64,000 nucleotides of DNA from Candidatus Zixiibacteriota bacterium. Lineage in GTDB: Bacteria > Zixibacteria > MSB-5A5 > UBA10806 > 4484-95. A model generated the notes under the pieces. That model saw only the letters and a program-made list of their open reading frames with translations. It was not told the DNA's origin and did not search any database. Positions 46,885-56,691 of this stretch are shown here, piece by piece; positions within the stretch are counted from its first letter, which is position 1; the number at the start of each line of letters is the position of its first letter. The translations under genes and the position numbers were made by a program. Where the stretch lies: positions 1-64,000 of the forward strand of contig JAOZPT010000001.1 of assembly GCA_029932605.1 (NCBI GenBank). Reading direction: 5' to 3'.

Positions 46885-49560
46885 ATGACTGAGATTGCGA
46901 AAGCTTATAACCCCAAACTTGTAGAGGATGCCATTTATCAAAGATGGCTTAAAATGGGCATATTTCATGCCCGCCTTGATTCTGATAAGAAACCTTATTC
47001 AATTGTCATCCCCCCACCCAATGTAACCGATGTTTTACATTTGGGACATGCCTTAAACAATACTCTTCAGGATATAATGATACGCTGGAAGAGGATGCAG
47101 GGTTACGAGGTAGAGTGGCTTCCAGGTGTTGACCATGCCGGTATCGCCACCCAGGTTGTAGTGGAAAAAACCCTTGTGCGCGAGGGGCGTTCACGGCATG
47201 ATATTGGCCGTGAGAAGTTTGTTCGGAGAATCTGGAAATGGAAAGAGGAAAAGTTTAACATCATCATAAGACAGCTCCAGAAAATAGGTTGTAGTTGTGA
47301 TTGGGACCGTATTCGTTTTACTATGGATAAGCAACTTTCACGAGCCGTTATCGAGGTGTTTTGCAGGCTTTATGAAAAAGGCTTGATATATCGCGGCGAG
47401 AGGATAGTTAATTGGTGTCCCGAATGCCTAACCACTCTTTCTGACGATGAGGTTGAAAGGGAGGAGGTTGATTCGTTCCTCTGGTACATTAGATATAAAC
47501 TCAAAGGTTCAGATGAGTTTTTAACTGTTGCTACCACACGTCCGGAAACAATGCTTGGCGATACCGCAATTGCGGTTAACCCTGATGATGGGCGTTTTAA
47601 AAGATATATCGGAAAATCAGCAATATTGCCATTTCTCGACCGTGAATTGCCAATAATAGCTGATGATTACGTTGATCCGGAGTTTGGCACAGGCGTACTG
47701 AAGATTACACCTGCTCATGATGCTAATGATTTTGAGGTTGGTATACGCCATAACCTGGATAGAATTAATATCTTAAATAAAAATGGCACACTCAATGAAA
47801 ATGCTGGGAAATTCGCAGGGCTGGACAGGTATGAAGCCCGTAAGAAGATAGTTGAGGAGCTTAAACAGAAAGGTCATCTGGAAAAGATTGAGAACTATTC
47901 TTTGATATCTGGTTCTTGTTATCGTTGTCATTCAGTTGTTGAACCCTATCTTTCCAAGCAATGGTTTGTGAAGATGAAGCCATTGGTTAAGCCGGCCATA
48001 GAATCGGTCAAGTCGGGAAGGATCAAATTTCATCCGGAGCATTGGGTTAAAACGTATCTTCATTGGATGGAGAACGTACGTGATTGGTGCATCTCGCGCC
48101 AACTCTGGTGGGGACATCGTATTCCGGTGTATTATTGTAATGACTGCAACGAGATTATAGTTGAGCGAGAAAAACCGAGGGAATGTTCAAGATGTAAGAG
48201 TAAAAATATCGTCCAAGATGAGGATGTATTGGACACTTGGTTTTCCTCATGGTTATGGCCATTTTCAACTTTTGGCTGGCCGGAGAAGACAGCTGAACTG
48301 GATAAGTTTTTCCCGACAAATGCCTTATTTACTGCAAATGAAATTATATATTTATGGGTTGCCCGGATGGTGATGGCCTCACTTGAGTTTATGGGTAAGG
48401 AACCGTTCTATGATGTATATATTCATGGCACCGTGCGAGATGCTGATGGTATCAAGATGTCCAAATCACTTGGTAATGGAATTGATCCATTGGAAATTAT
48501 CGATAAATTTGGAGCTGATGCTTTGAGGGCTTCGTTGATTCTGACCACTCCTGAGGGGCAGGACCCATCCATATCAGAAAGAACTTTCGAGATAGGACGT
48601 AATTTCGCTAACAAGCTCTGGAGTGCCTCAAGGTTTGTAAGGCTTAATATTGGCGATTTTAAGCTTACTAAAGATATTAATGTTAATGCTAATTATCTGG
48701 AGATGTCTGATAGATGGATACTCTCACGTTTAGCTAAAACTATTGGCCAGATAAATAATTATCTTTCGGGATTTCGTTTTTGCACTGCTGCCAAAGCTGT
48801 TTATGATTTTACCTGGAACGACTATTGCAGTAATTACTTAGAGATGATTAAGCCACGGTTGGCTGCCGAGAGCAATGATAAAAATCCTCAATTGCAAAGA
48901 TCGAAAATGGCGGCGCGTCTGTGCTCAGGTTTTACCCTTCTGCAGATATTGAAAATCCTTCACCCCTTTATGCCGTTTGTCACATGTGAGATCTGGATGT
49001 TGTTATTAGGTGATGATAAGGCCGGAACGATCTCAATCGAGAACTGGCCTGAACCGCAGTTGAAATTCATTGATGATAACCTTGAAAAAGAGATGGAGAA
49101 AGTGATAAGGCTGGCCGAAGCTGTGAGAACGGCCTGTGCCGAGCTTAACGTTCCCCCCTCGAAAAAACCGCATATATTGATTAAGTGTGAGGATGGTAAA
49201 CTGGCTGATATATTTAATGCTCACCGACAGGAGATAAAAAATCTGGCTCGTTCGGGTGATGTAAGGGCAAATATCGACATTGCCAAACCACCGCTGTCTG
49301 CTTCAGCTGTTATACCCGGGGCAGAGGTATATATACCACTTGAGGGACTTATCGATATCGAACAGGAAAAGGTTCGCCTTGAAAAACAAATTGAGGAGAA
49401 ACGGATTTATTACGAGAAGCTCACCAAGAAGCTAAACAATAAGGATTTTACAGAACGTGCTCCATCTGAGGTAGTTGAGGCGGAGAAGGCTAAATTATTA
49501 AAAACTGAGAAGCTGATCGAGAAACTCAATAAAAACCTCGAATCGCTGGCAGGGTGGTAA
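46885..49560 (+). CDS. valS: Valine-tRNA ligase
   Basis: Motifs PPPNVT..LHLGHA, DHAGIATQ, WCISRQLWWGHRIP and KMSKS, plus a C-terminal coiled coil. Confidence 0.98.
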   Translation: MTEIAKAYNPKLVEDAIYQRWLKMGIFHARLDSDKKPYSIVIPPPNVTDVLHLGHALNNTLQDIMIRWKRMQGYEVEWLPGVDHAGIATQVVVEKTLVREGRSRHDIGREKFVRRIWKWKEEKFNIIIRQLQKIGCSCDWDRIRFTMDKQLSRAVIEVFCRLYEKGLIYRGERIVNWCPECLTTLSDDEVEREEVDSFLWYIRYKLKGSDEFLTVATTRPETMLGDTAIAVNPDDGRFKRYIGKSAILPFLDRELPIIADDYVDPEFGTGVLKITPAHDANDFEVGIRHNLDRINILNKNGTLNENAGKFAGLDRYEARKKIVEELKQKGHLEKIENYSLISGSCYRCHSVVEPYLSKQWFVKMKPLVKPAIESVKSGRIKFHPEHWVKTYLHWMENVRDWCISRQLWWGHRIPVYYCNDCNEIIVEREKPRECSRCKSKNIVQDEDVLDTWFSSWLWPFSTFGWPEKTAELDKFFPTNALFTANEIIYLWVARMVMASLEFMGKEPFYDVYIHGTVRDADGIKMSKSLGNGIDPLEIIDKFGADALRASLILTTPEGQDPSISERTFEIGRNFANKLWSASRFVRLNIGDFKLTKDINVNANYLEMSDRWILSRLAKTIGQINNYLSGFRFCTAAKAVYDFTWNDYCSNYLEMIKPRLAAESNDKNPQLQRSKMAARLCSGFTLLQILKILHPFMPFVTCEIWMLLLGDDKAGTISIENWPEPQLKFIDDNLEKEMEKVIRLAEAVRTACAELNVPPSKKPHILIKCEDGKLADIFNAHRQEIKNLARSGDVRANIDIAKPPLSASAVIPGAEVYIPLEGLIDIEQEKVRLEKQIEEKRIYYEKLTKKLNNKDFTERAPSEVVEAEKAKLLKTEKLIEKLNKNLESLAGW

Positions 49561-49723
49561 AAGTTTTGCTGTTTTAGCCATTACTTTAAGAACACAACTG
49601 AAATATCGCATAAATTATTTCCCTTGCATTTGAAATTCGTTTAAAATAAAATTTCTTAAAGAATATTATTTGACTCCTAAGCGTATCATCTATAAATTGA
49701 AAGATTTAAAAGAGGAGGAAAAG

Positions 49724-51106
49724 ATGAGAAAGTGGCTGGTTATTTTAATAGCGGTTGTTTTTATCGCCACCGTTAACGCAGGTGGTTCCAAAGAGGTGTC
49801 CATTACCATTTATAACAATGACCTAGGGCTTGTTAAAGATGTCCGAAGTCTCGAGTTTAAAAGGGGAATCAATAATATCGATTTCGATGAGGTAGCCTCG
49901 CGTATTGACCCAACCAGTGTTAATTTTCGCTGTATTGATGATAAGAATGTAGCGGTGCTCGAGCAAAACTTTTTATATGATTTGGTTTCAACCGATGCTT
50001 TATTGAAGCGTTACCTTGGCAAAAATATCGAGGTTATTGCTGAGGATGACAGACGCTATCGGGGAGAGCTTCTCTCTTTTGATGGTAAAAATGTAATACT
50101 GGGTAGTGATGATGGCGAGGTAATGATGGTGTCGTTGGCTAAAATCGCCGATTACACATTCCCCTCACTTCCTGAGGGGCTAATGTTGAAACCCACACTG
50201 TGCTGGTTAGCCGACTCGCCATCTGGGGGAGCGAAACGATGTGAGGTAAGTTACCTTACAAACGGAATCAACTGGCATGCCGACTACGTGGCGGTGGCTT
50301 CAGCCGATGATAGACAGCTTGACCTGTCAGGTTGGGTGACTATCAACAACAAAAGCGGAGCCACTTATGAAGATGCGACATTGAAACTGGTCGCCGGGGA
50401 TGTCCATCGGGTTGAAGAGCGCCGTCGCCCCAGGATGGATCTGGCGGAGGCTAAGTTTAAAGGTGGGGCCGGCAGGCCACAGTTTGAAGAGGAAGAATTT
50501 TTCGAATACCATCTGTATTCACTCTCCAGACCGGCAACGATTAATGACAAAGAGATAAAACAGCTTTCACTATTTCCATCCACTCGCACCAAGGTTAAGA
50601 AGGTGTATATATTTGATGCTGCCAGACAGGTGTATTTTCGCACTGATGGTGACAAGATTAAGATTAAAGTCAATCTTGAGTTTGAAAATTCTGAAGAGGC
50701 CGGACTGGGTATACCTTTACCAAAAGGCAAAATAAGGGTTTACAAGGCTGATTTAAAAGGAGCACTTCAGTTTATAGGCGAGGATTTGATAGACCATACT
50801 CCCAAGGATGAAAAGGTGCGGGTATATCTGGGTGATGCTTTTGATATCACCGGTACTCGAAAGAAAACTAATATAGAAGACCTCGGCAAAGATAGGGTTC
50901 GTGAAAGTTATGAAATTGTCTTGAAAAATCATAAAAAAGAAGATATAGTGGTCACTGTGGTTGAGCATACTCGAGGCTGGAGGGAATGGGAGATAAAAAG
51001 GAGTAGTCTGGAATACAGGAAAATAGATAATTATAGAATCGAGTTTGACGTTGAAGTTGCTGCTGAAAGTGAGGCAACGCTAACCTATACAATTCAATAT
51101 TATTAA
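49724..51106 (+). CDS. Secreted DUF4139 (+DUF4140) domain protein
   Basis: Signal peptide; motifs SITIYNNDLGLVKD, SYLT.G..W.ADY and FEYHLY. GAGGAGG supports the ATG at 49724. Confidence 0.85.
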   Translation: MRKWLVILIAVVFIATVNAGGSKEVSITIYNNDLGLVKDVRSLEFKRGINNIDFDEVASRIDPTSVNFRCIDDKNVAVLEQNFLYDLVSTDALLKRYLGKNIEVIAEDDRRYRGELLSFDGKNVILGSDDGEVMMVSLAKIADYTFPSLPEGLMLKPTLCWLADSPSGGAKRCEVSYLTNGINWHADYVAVASADDRQLDLSGWVTINNKSGATYEDATLKLVAGDVHRVEERRRPRMDLAEAKFKGGAGRPQFEEEEFFEYHLYSLSRPATINDKEIKQLSLFPSTRTKVKKVYIFDAARQVYFRTDGDKIKIKVNLEFENSEEAGLGIPLPKGKIRVYKADLKGALQFIGEDLIDHTPKDEKVRVYLGDAFDITGTRKKTNIEDLGKDRVRESYEIVLKNHKKEDIVVTVVEHTRGWREWEIKRSSLEYRKIDNYRIEFDVEVAAESEATLTYTIQYY

Positions 51107-51119
51107 TTTTGGAGGGATA

Positions 51120-52175
51120 ATGAATCAAGGATTGCAAGTAAAAAGGGCGTTTACGCTTGGAGCTTCGATGGTGATTTTGGCGCTGATACTTGGTGGTTGT
51201 GTCCCAAAAGAGATTAGAACATCAAGGATTGAACTAGGTACTGTGAAGAAGCCAAGAAATAACCCTGACCTTAACCGTGTAAAAAGGAATCTTGAAGAAG
51301 CGATGAAATTGTATCCGGATAATGCTGAGGTTTATCATCTCTGGGGAAGAGTTTATGCTATGGAAGGCAAGTATAAAGACATGGACATTGCTTTTACCAA
51401 GTCGGAGGAGTTGGATCCTAAGTTTGAAAAGGATAATGAATTTATAAGGCAGATAAACTGGGAAAAACTTTTTAACCAAGGGAAAGCCCTTGCACAAAAC
51501 GACGAACTCGATTCAGCCCTGGTGAGTTTTGAAAACAGTGCTATTTGCTGGCCCGAGAGGTATGAATCTTTGATAAATGCGTCGGTTTTAGCTCACCAGC
51601 TTGGACGTAACGAGGAAGCATACGAATTAAGTAAAAAAGCCTACGACATAGATTCCAATACGGTATTGGTCATGGAACAATATGCTTCAATGTGTATGGT
51701 TAATAATAAATATAATGAGGCAGAACCGGTTTACAAGCGAATTCTTGAAAAGGATCCCACCAATGCCGAGGTTATGTTCCAGCTTGGCAATATCTACCGA
51801 ATTGAAAACGATACCACTAAGGCTATAGAATATTATACTCAGGCTCTTGATATCGATAAGAACAACTCCGATGGTTGGTTCAATCTCGGCCTTATATATT
51901 TCCATAAGAAAGATTTCTGCATGGCTGCTGAGTGTTTCGGCCGTGTTTGTTCGCTTATTCCTGAAGATACGGATGCCAGAGTGGACTATTTGCTGTCGCT
52001 TGTCCAGTGTGGTAAGTTGGATACTGCTCGGTCCGAACTGGAGAAATTTACAATGGAACATCCTGATAACTGTGATGGTTGGGACCTTCTCTCACAGACA
52101 TATCTCAAACTGAAGATGAAAAAGGAAGCTAACGAAGCTTATAAAAAGTTCGAGAGTTGCAAAAAAGAACATTAG
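51120..52175 (+). CDS. TPR-repeat lipoprotein
   Basis: Lipobox LGGC and multiple TPR motifs (e.g. DPTNAEVMFQLGNIY). Confidence 0.85.
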   Translation: MNQGLQVKRAFTLGASMVILALILGGCVPKEIRTSRIELGTVKKPRNNPDLNRVKRNLEEAMKLYPDNAEVYHLWGRVYAMEGKYKDMDIAFTKSEELDPKFEKDNEFIRQINWEKLFNQGKALAQNDELDSALVSFENSAICWPERYESLINASVLAHQLGRNEEAYELSKKAYDIDSNTVLVMEQYASMCMVNNKYNEAEPVYKRILEKDPTNAEVMFQLGNIYRIENDTTKAIEYYTQALDIDKNNSDGWFNLGLIYFHKKDFCMAAECFGRVCSLIPEDTDARVDYLLSLVQCGKLDTARSELEKFTMEHPDNCDGWDLLSQTYLKLKMKKEANEAYKKFESCKKEH

Positions 52176-52498
52176 GTTTTGATGTTATTAATATTTCTGA
52201 GGTTGGAACGCTAACTGAGGTTAGAGTAGAAAAGGCAAATAAATTATGTAAGGATACCGATAGCGCGAAAGCGACATGTATCCTGGTAGATGGTGAGGGT
52301 TAAGAAATTACATCTTAAAACATTACGTAACTTATTCTAGTAAGTGGGCCTTGGTGGTCTTGGAAAAAACTTATTTCGATTATATGACTTCAGATGTGAA
52401 ATATGTTGATTTGAGAGACGTTGTATTTCAAATTGAAGGCATTAACTACAAATGAGTTAATTCTTGGCTATAAGGTACTTATATCTAAATAGACTTAA

Positions 52499-52526
52499 GT
52501 AGGGGCGTATTGCAATACGCCCCTAC
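52499..52526. repeat. Perfect GTAG-type REP palindrome
   Basis: GTAGGGGCGTATTGCAATACGCCCCTAC, immediately before priA. Confidence 0.8.
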
Positions 52527-52535
52527 AGATTTATT

Positions 52536-54938
52536 ATGTATGCAGAGGTAGCATTACCCGGCACAGGTTTCAAGACCTTTACATATATCATTCCCCCAAA
52601 GCTGAAATCATCGATAAGGCCGGGTGTACCGGTGATGGTTCCTCTTCGGAATTACTCAGCGGTCGGCGTTGTAATGGCGCTGAGCGATAAGAATCCTGCA
52701 AAAGAAAAAGAGTTAAAGGAAATCAGCGGCTTAATCGATCCGGTCTTCACTTTGACAGCAAAACACCTTACTCTGATTAACTGGATTGCCGATTATTACA
52801 TTTGTCCTGTTGGTGATGTCTTAAAAGCCTCATTCCCACCTGATGTAATCGGGCGGACAAAAATGAGGGTTTTTGCAAGCAAAAAGATTCCACATGAACC
52901 AAAATGGAATTATGTTTATGAAAGAATAAGGTCTAAGACCGAAGGCTATGCTTATAAAAAGAGCAAACCTATTGTTTCGGGGGTGTCAAATGCCCTTGTT
53001 AATAAAATGATAAAGGCTGGTTTTCTATACTTATCCGTTGATTACAGGGTTCAGAAACCGGTTGCCAGATTATTCGCTTGTATTAAGCCTGATATCGATA
53101 TCTCATCTTCAGGGCAACAGTTATCTTCTCGAAGGAGAGAACTTCTGGAGCTTATGTGGGGTTACCCGTCAGGCATGGCTGTTTCAAAGCTGGTTGCTTT
53201 AGGTTTTTCGAGAGCCTTGATCGAGGCTATGGCAAGAGATGGATTTTTAGAGATTAAAGCACAGTACGATAGTGCGATTGTATCGCCAAAAGATGATTTC
53301 TTAAAAGATTTCGTGTTAAATAAAGACCAACAAAAGGCGGTTGAATCGATTAACGAATCGCTGGAGAAGAATATCGTCAACACTTACCTGCTTTTTGGAA
53401 TAACTGGCTCTGGAAAAACGCAGGTTTATATAGAGGTTGCCCGTAAGGCATTGACCATGGGCAAATCAGTGTTGATACTTCTGCCTGAGATATCGTTAAC
53501 CCCACAGGCAATTAAGAGATTTTCTGAGTCATTAAGATGTCCAATTGGGATATGGCATTCAAGAGTCACTGTTGCTCAGCGTGTTGATATTTATAAGCGG
53601 GCCAAAAAAGGTGAGTTGAGAGTTATACTCGGTGTAAGGTCAGCGGTTTTTGCCCCGTTAGAGAATCTTGGCCTTGTGGTAATAGATGAGGAACAGGATG
53701 ATTTGTATAAACAGTCGGATCCGGCGCCCCGGTATAATGCTCGTGATGTTGCTTTGATGAAAGCGAAAATCGAAGGGGCAACCACTGTGATGGGTTCGGC
53801 AACACCGTCGATGGAGAGTTTTTACAATGCCGAAATAGGAAAGTATAAGCTTTTAAGGCTTCCTAAAAGATATGGTGGGGCTAAACTCCCCCGTGCTTAT
53901 GCTATCGATTTAAAAAACGTTGAGGTGAATAAAAAATATTGGCCATTGTCCGAGCCTTTCATTGATAGGATTTGTAATAACATCGCTGATGGCAAACAGG
54001 TGATTATCCTTCTTAATCGCCGTGGTTACTCGGGGTTATTATTATGCAAGGGATGTGGTTATATTGCGACCTGTCCAGATTGCCAGGTGGCAATGACATA
54101 TCATAAACCAGGCGGGCAATTGCGTTGTCATTTTTGTGGCCTGGCGGTTAAAGCTCCTACTATCTGTCCTGAGTGTAAGGGTGTATCCTTTGATTATCGT
54201 GGTATAGGCACCCAGAAATTAGAGGAATTGTTGATTGAGATTCTTGGTGAAAAAGGGATTATAAGAATGGATTCCGATTCCACCTCACGCAAGGGTGCCC
54301 TGGAGAAAATAATATCAACCTTTGAGGTTGGTGAAAAACCAGTTCTATTAGGTACCCGGATGGTAACAAAGGGCCATCATTTTCCTAAGGTTGGTCTGGT
54401 TGGCGTTGTTTTGGCAGATACCGGCTTGCACCTGCCGGATTTCAGGGCTTCGGAGAAAGTGTTTCAACTGTTGGTCCAGTTTGCCGGTCGTGCCGGACGG
54501 TCTGGTAACAGTGATGGCCAGGGTGAGTTTATTGTTCAAACTTTTGACCCTTCCTCGGGGATTTTAGAATTTGCCACCGGTCAGGATTATGAGTTATTTT
54601 ATCGCAAAGAGCTGTTACATCGCCGTGAACTTGGTTATCCGCCGTTTGGTAAAATAATACGAGTTGTGTTTTCAGGTAGCGATGGTTCTTATACCCGGTG
54701 GGTGGCAAGGAAATCAGCCGATGAATTTACCTCTAATTTAAAGACGGGCAAAATATTAGGGCCAGCGCCCACAAGAGTATTTCGGCTTGGGAAAAAATAT
54801 CACTACCAGGTTGTTTTAAAAGGTAAGTTTTCTGCCGATTTCAAAGAGTGGTTGAAAGGTTTTTTAGGTGGTGGGCACTCATGGCAGAAAAAGTCGGTTA
54901 TTATTAAGATCGATGTCGACCCGAGGGAGATGATATAG
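52536..54938 (+). CDS. priA: Primosomal protein N' (replication restart helicase)
   Basis: Motifs GITGSGKT, LPEISLTPQ, DEEQD, NRRG, four CxxC pairs, Q.AGRAGR and IDVDP. Confidence 0.96.
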   Translation: MYAEVALPGTGFKTFTYIIPPKLKSSIRPGVPVMVPLRNYSAVGVVMALSDKNPAKEKELKEISGLIDPVFTLTAKHLTLINWIADYYICPVGDVLKASFPPDVIGRTKMRVFASKKIPHEPKWNYVYERIRSKTEGYAYKKSKPIVSGVSNALVNKMIKAGFLYLSVDYRVQKPVARLFACIKPDIDISSSGQQLSSRRRELLELMWGYPSGMAVSKLVALGFSRALIEAMARDGFLEIKAQYDSAIVSPKDDFLKDFVLNKDQQKAVESINESLEKNIVNTYLLFGITGSGKTQVYIEVARKALTMGKSVLILLPEISLTPQAIKRFSESLRCPIGIWHSRVTVAQRVDIYKRAKKGELRVILGVRSAVFAPLENLGLVVIDEEQDDLYKQSDPAPRYNARDVALMKAKIEGATTVMGSATPSMESFYNAEIGKYKLLRLPKRYGGAKLPRAYAIDLKNVEVNKKYWPLSEPFIDRICNNIADGKQVIILLNRRGYSGLLLCKGCGYIATCPDCQVAMTYHKPGGQLRCHFCGLAVKAPTICPECKGVSFDYRGIGTQKLEELLIEILGEKGIIRMDSDSTSRKGALEKIISTFEVGEKPVLLGTRMVTKGHHFPKVGLVGVVLADTGLHLPDFRASEKVFQLLVQFAGRAGRSGNSDGQGEFIVQTFDPSSGILEFATGQDYELFYRKELLHRRELGYPPFGKIIRVVFSGSDGSYTRWVARKSADEFTSNLKTGKILGPAPTRVFRLGKKYHYQVVLKGKFSADFKEWLKGFLGGGHSWQKKSVIIKIDVDPREMI

Positions 54939-54991
54939 CCCTTGACTGGTAGGTAGTAACCTTTTACATTGAAGTTCATTATGGAGGCAAG

Positions 54992-55651
54992 TTGATTACT
55001 TTAAATGACGTAAAACAAAACGAAAAAGTGGCTTTGTTGATATCCAAAGCTGATGAATTTCTGGGTATCATCGGTTACACGGAGCATGGTGAGAGGCACA
55101 GTTCGCTGGCATCCAATATTGCCTATAACATTATGATTCGTCTTGGCAAGGGGGAGAAACGTGCCCAGCTTGCCGCTATTGCTGCCTATTTACATGATAT
55201 CGGCAACGTTATCAACCGTGACTACCATGCCCAGACGGCCTCGATTATAGCTATGAATATCCTTGATGAGATAGGTATGGAGTATAGTGATATTATCGAG
55301 GTCATCGCTGCTATTGGCAATCATGATGAAAAGGATGGTAGCCCCATTTCGGATATTTGTGCGGCGGTTATTTTGGCTGATAAGTCCGACGTTCATCAGT
55401 CACGTGTGCGCAATCCCGAATTCATCAAGACGGATATTCATGATCGGGTAAACTGGGCTGCCAAATCGTCATTTTTAAGAGTCGATGAGGTTAAGAAAAA
55501 GGTGATCTTGGAGATAAAGATCGATACTTCCGTATCCTCGGTAATGGAGTATTTTGAGATATTTTTATCACGAATGGTGGTTTGTCGTAGGGCGGCTGAA
55601 TTTTTAGGATTAAAGTTTGAACTTGAAATCAACGGGTATAAACTTCTTTGA
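54992..55651 (+). CDS. HD-domain phosphohydrolase
   Basis: Motifs GYTEHG.RH, YLHDIGN, IGNHDE and ADKSD; GGAGG plus TTG start. Confidence 0.9.
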   Translation: MITLNDVKQNEKVALLISKADEFLGIIGYTEHGERHSSLASNIAYNIMIRLGKGEKRAQLAAIAAYLHDIGNVINRDYHAQTASIIAMNILDEIGMEYSDIIEVIAAIGNHDEKDGSPISDICAAVILADKSDVHQSRVRNPEFIKTDIHDRVNWAAKSSFLRVDEVKKKVILEIKIDTSVSSVMEYFEIFLSRMVVCRRAAEFLGLKFELEINGYKLL

Positions 55652-56691
55652 AAAATCCTGCTTCTGAGTACGCTAAATCAGGCGTTGATATAAAAGCCTC
55701 TGATAAAGCCAAGTTGCTGATGAAAAAGCTGGTGGAGGGCACCTTTAATGGTAATGTTATCGGTGGCCATGGGGGTTTCGGCGGTTTGTATTCAATTAAG
55801 GAGCTTACCGGTGTTGACAAGATATTGGTAGGTTCAACAGATTCTGTTGGTACCAAACTGAAACTTGCGTTTATGACCGGCCGACACGACACAGTAGGGC
55901 AGGACCTGGTTAACCATTTAGTCAATGATATCTTGTGCTGTGGGGCTAAGCCGATGTTCTTTTTCGACTACTTAGGGCTTGGGAGTATTTCGCCTGATAC
56001 GGTTGTTGATATCGTAAAAGGCTTGGTTAAGGCTTGCGAGGAAAACAACACGGTATTGCTTGGGGGTGAAACCGCCGAGTTGCCCGGTTTTTACAACGAG
56101 GGTGAATATGACTTGGCTGGTTTTATCATTGGCTGGGTGGATAAAGATAGAATTATTGATGGCAAGTTAATTAAACCCGGGGATAAAATAATCGGTTTGG
56201 CCTCGTCTGGTCTTCATACAAACGGTTATTCATTGGCCAGACGGGCTTTTTTCGATATCGCTGGAATGAAACATGGCGATAAAATCGAGGAAACAGGCAC
56301 TGAGGTTACCACAGAGCTTATGAAGGTCCATTATTCATATTTGGATGTCGTTACGCCTTTGCTTGATTTAAGATTAATCAAGGGAATATCCCATATAACC
56401 GGTGGTGGTTTTGAGGGAAATATCAGAAGAATTATACCTGATGGTATCTCAGCAGTTATCAAAACAGAAACCTGGCCGGTGCCTGGGATATTTAAGGCTA
56501 TCCAGAGAATAGCTTCAGTTTCAGATTCTGAGATGTACAGGGTGTTTAATATGGGTATAGGAATGGTTTTAGTTTGTAATACTCAGGACAGCGGTAAGGT
56601 AATTTCCTTTATAAAAGATGCAAATATTGACGTTTATGAGATAGGATTTTGTGAGAAAGGGAGGCGAAGAGTGGTGGTTGAATTTGGTTAA
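55648..56691 (+). CDS. purM: Phosphoribosylformylglycinamidine cyclo-ligase (AIR synthetase)
   Basis: Motifs Y.KSGVDI, D.VGTK, GGETAE, SSGLHTNGYSL, HITGGG and FNMGIG. Confidence 0.96.
   Translation: MKNPASEYAKSGVDIKASDKAKLLMKKLVEGTFNGNVIGGHGGFGGLYSIKELTGVDKILVGSTDSVGTKLKLAFMTGRHDTVGQDLVNHLVNDILCCGAKPMFFFDYLGLGSISPDTVVDIVKGLVKACEENNTVLLGGETAELPGFYNEGEYDLAGFIIGWVDKDRIIDGKLIKPGDKIIGLASSGLHTNGYSLARRAFFDIAGMKHGDKIEETGTEVTTELMKVHYSYLDVVTPLLDLRLIKGISHITGGGFEGNIRRIIPDGISAVIKTETWPVPGIFKAIQRIASVSDSEMYRVFNMGIGMVLVCNTQDSGKVISFIKDANIDVYEIGFCEKGRRRVVVEFG

Noticed and set aside
52225..52300. c-di-GMP-I riboswitch suggested by AAAAGGCAAA and a GAAA tetraloop
   Set aside because: The P2 stem does not follow GGCAAA directly and the GACGCAAAGC / P3 elements are absent.
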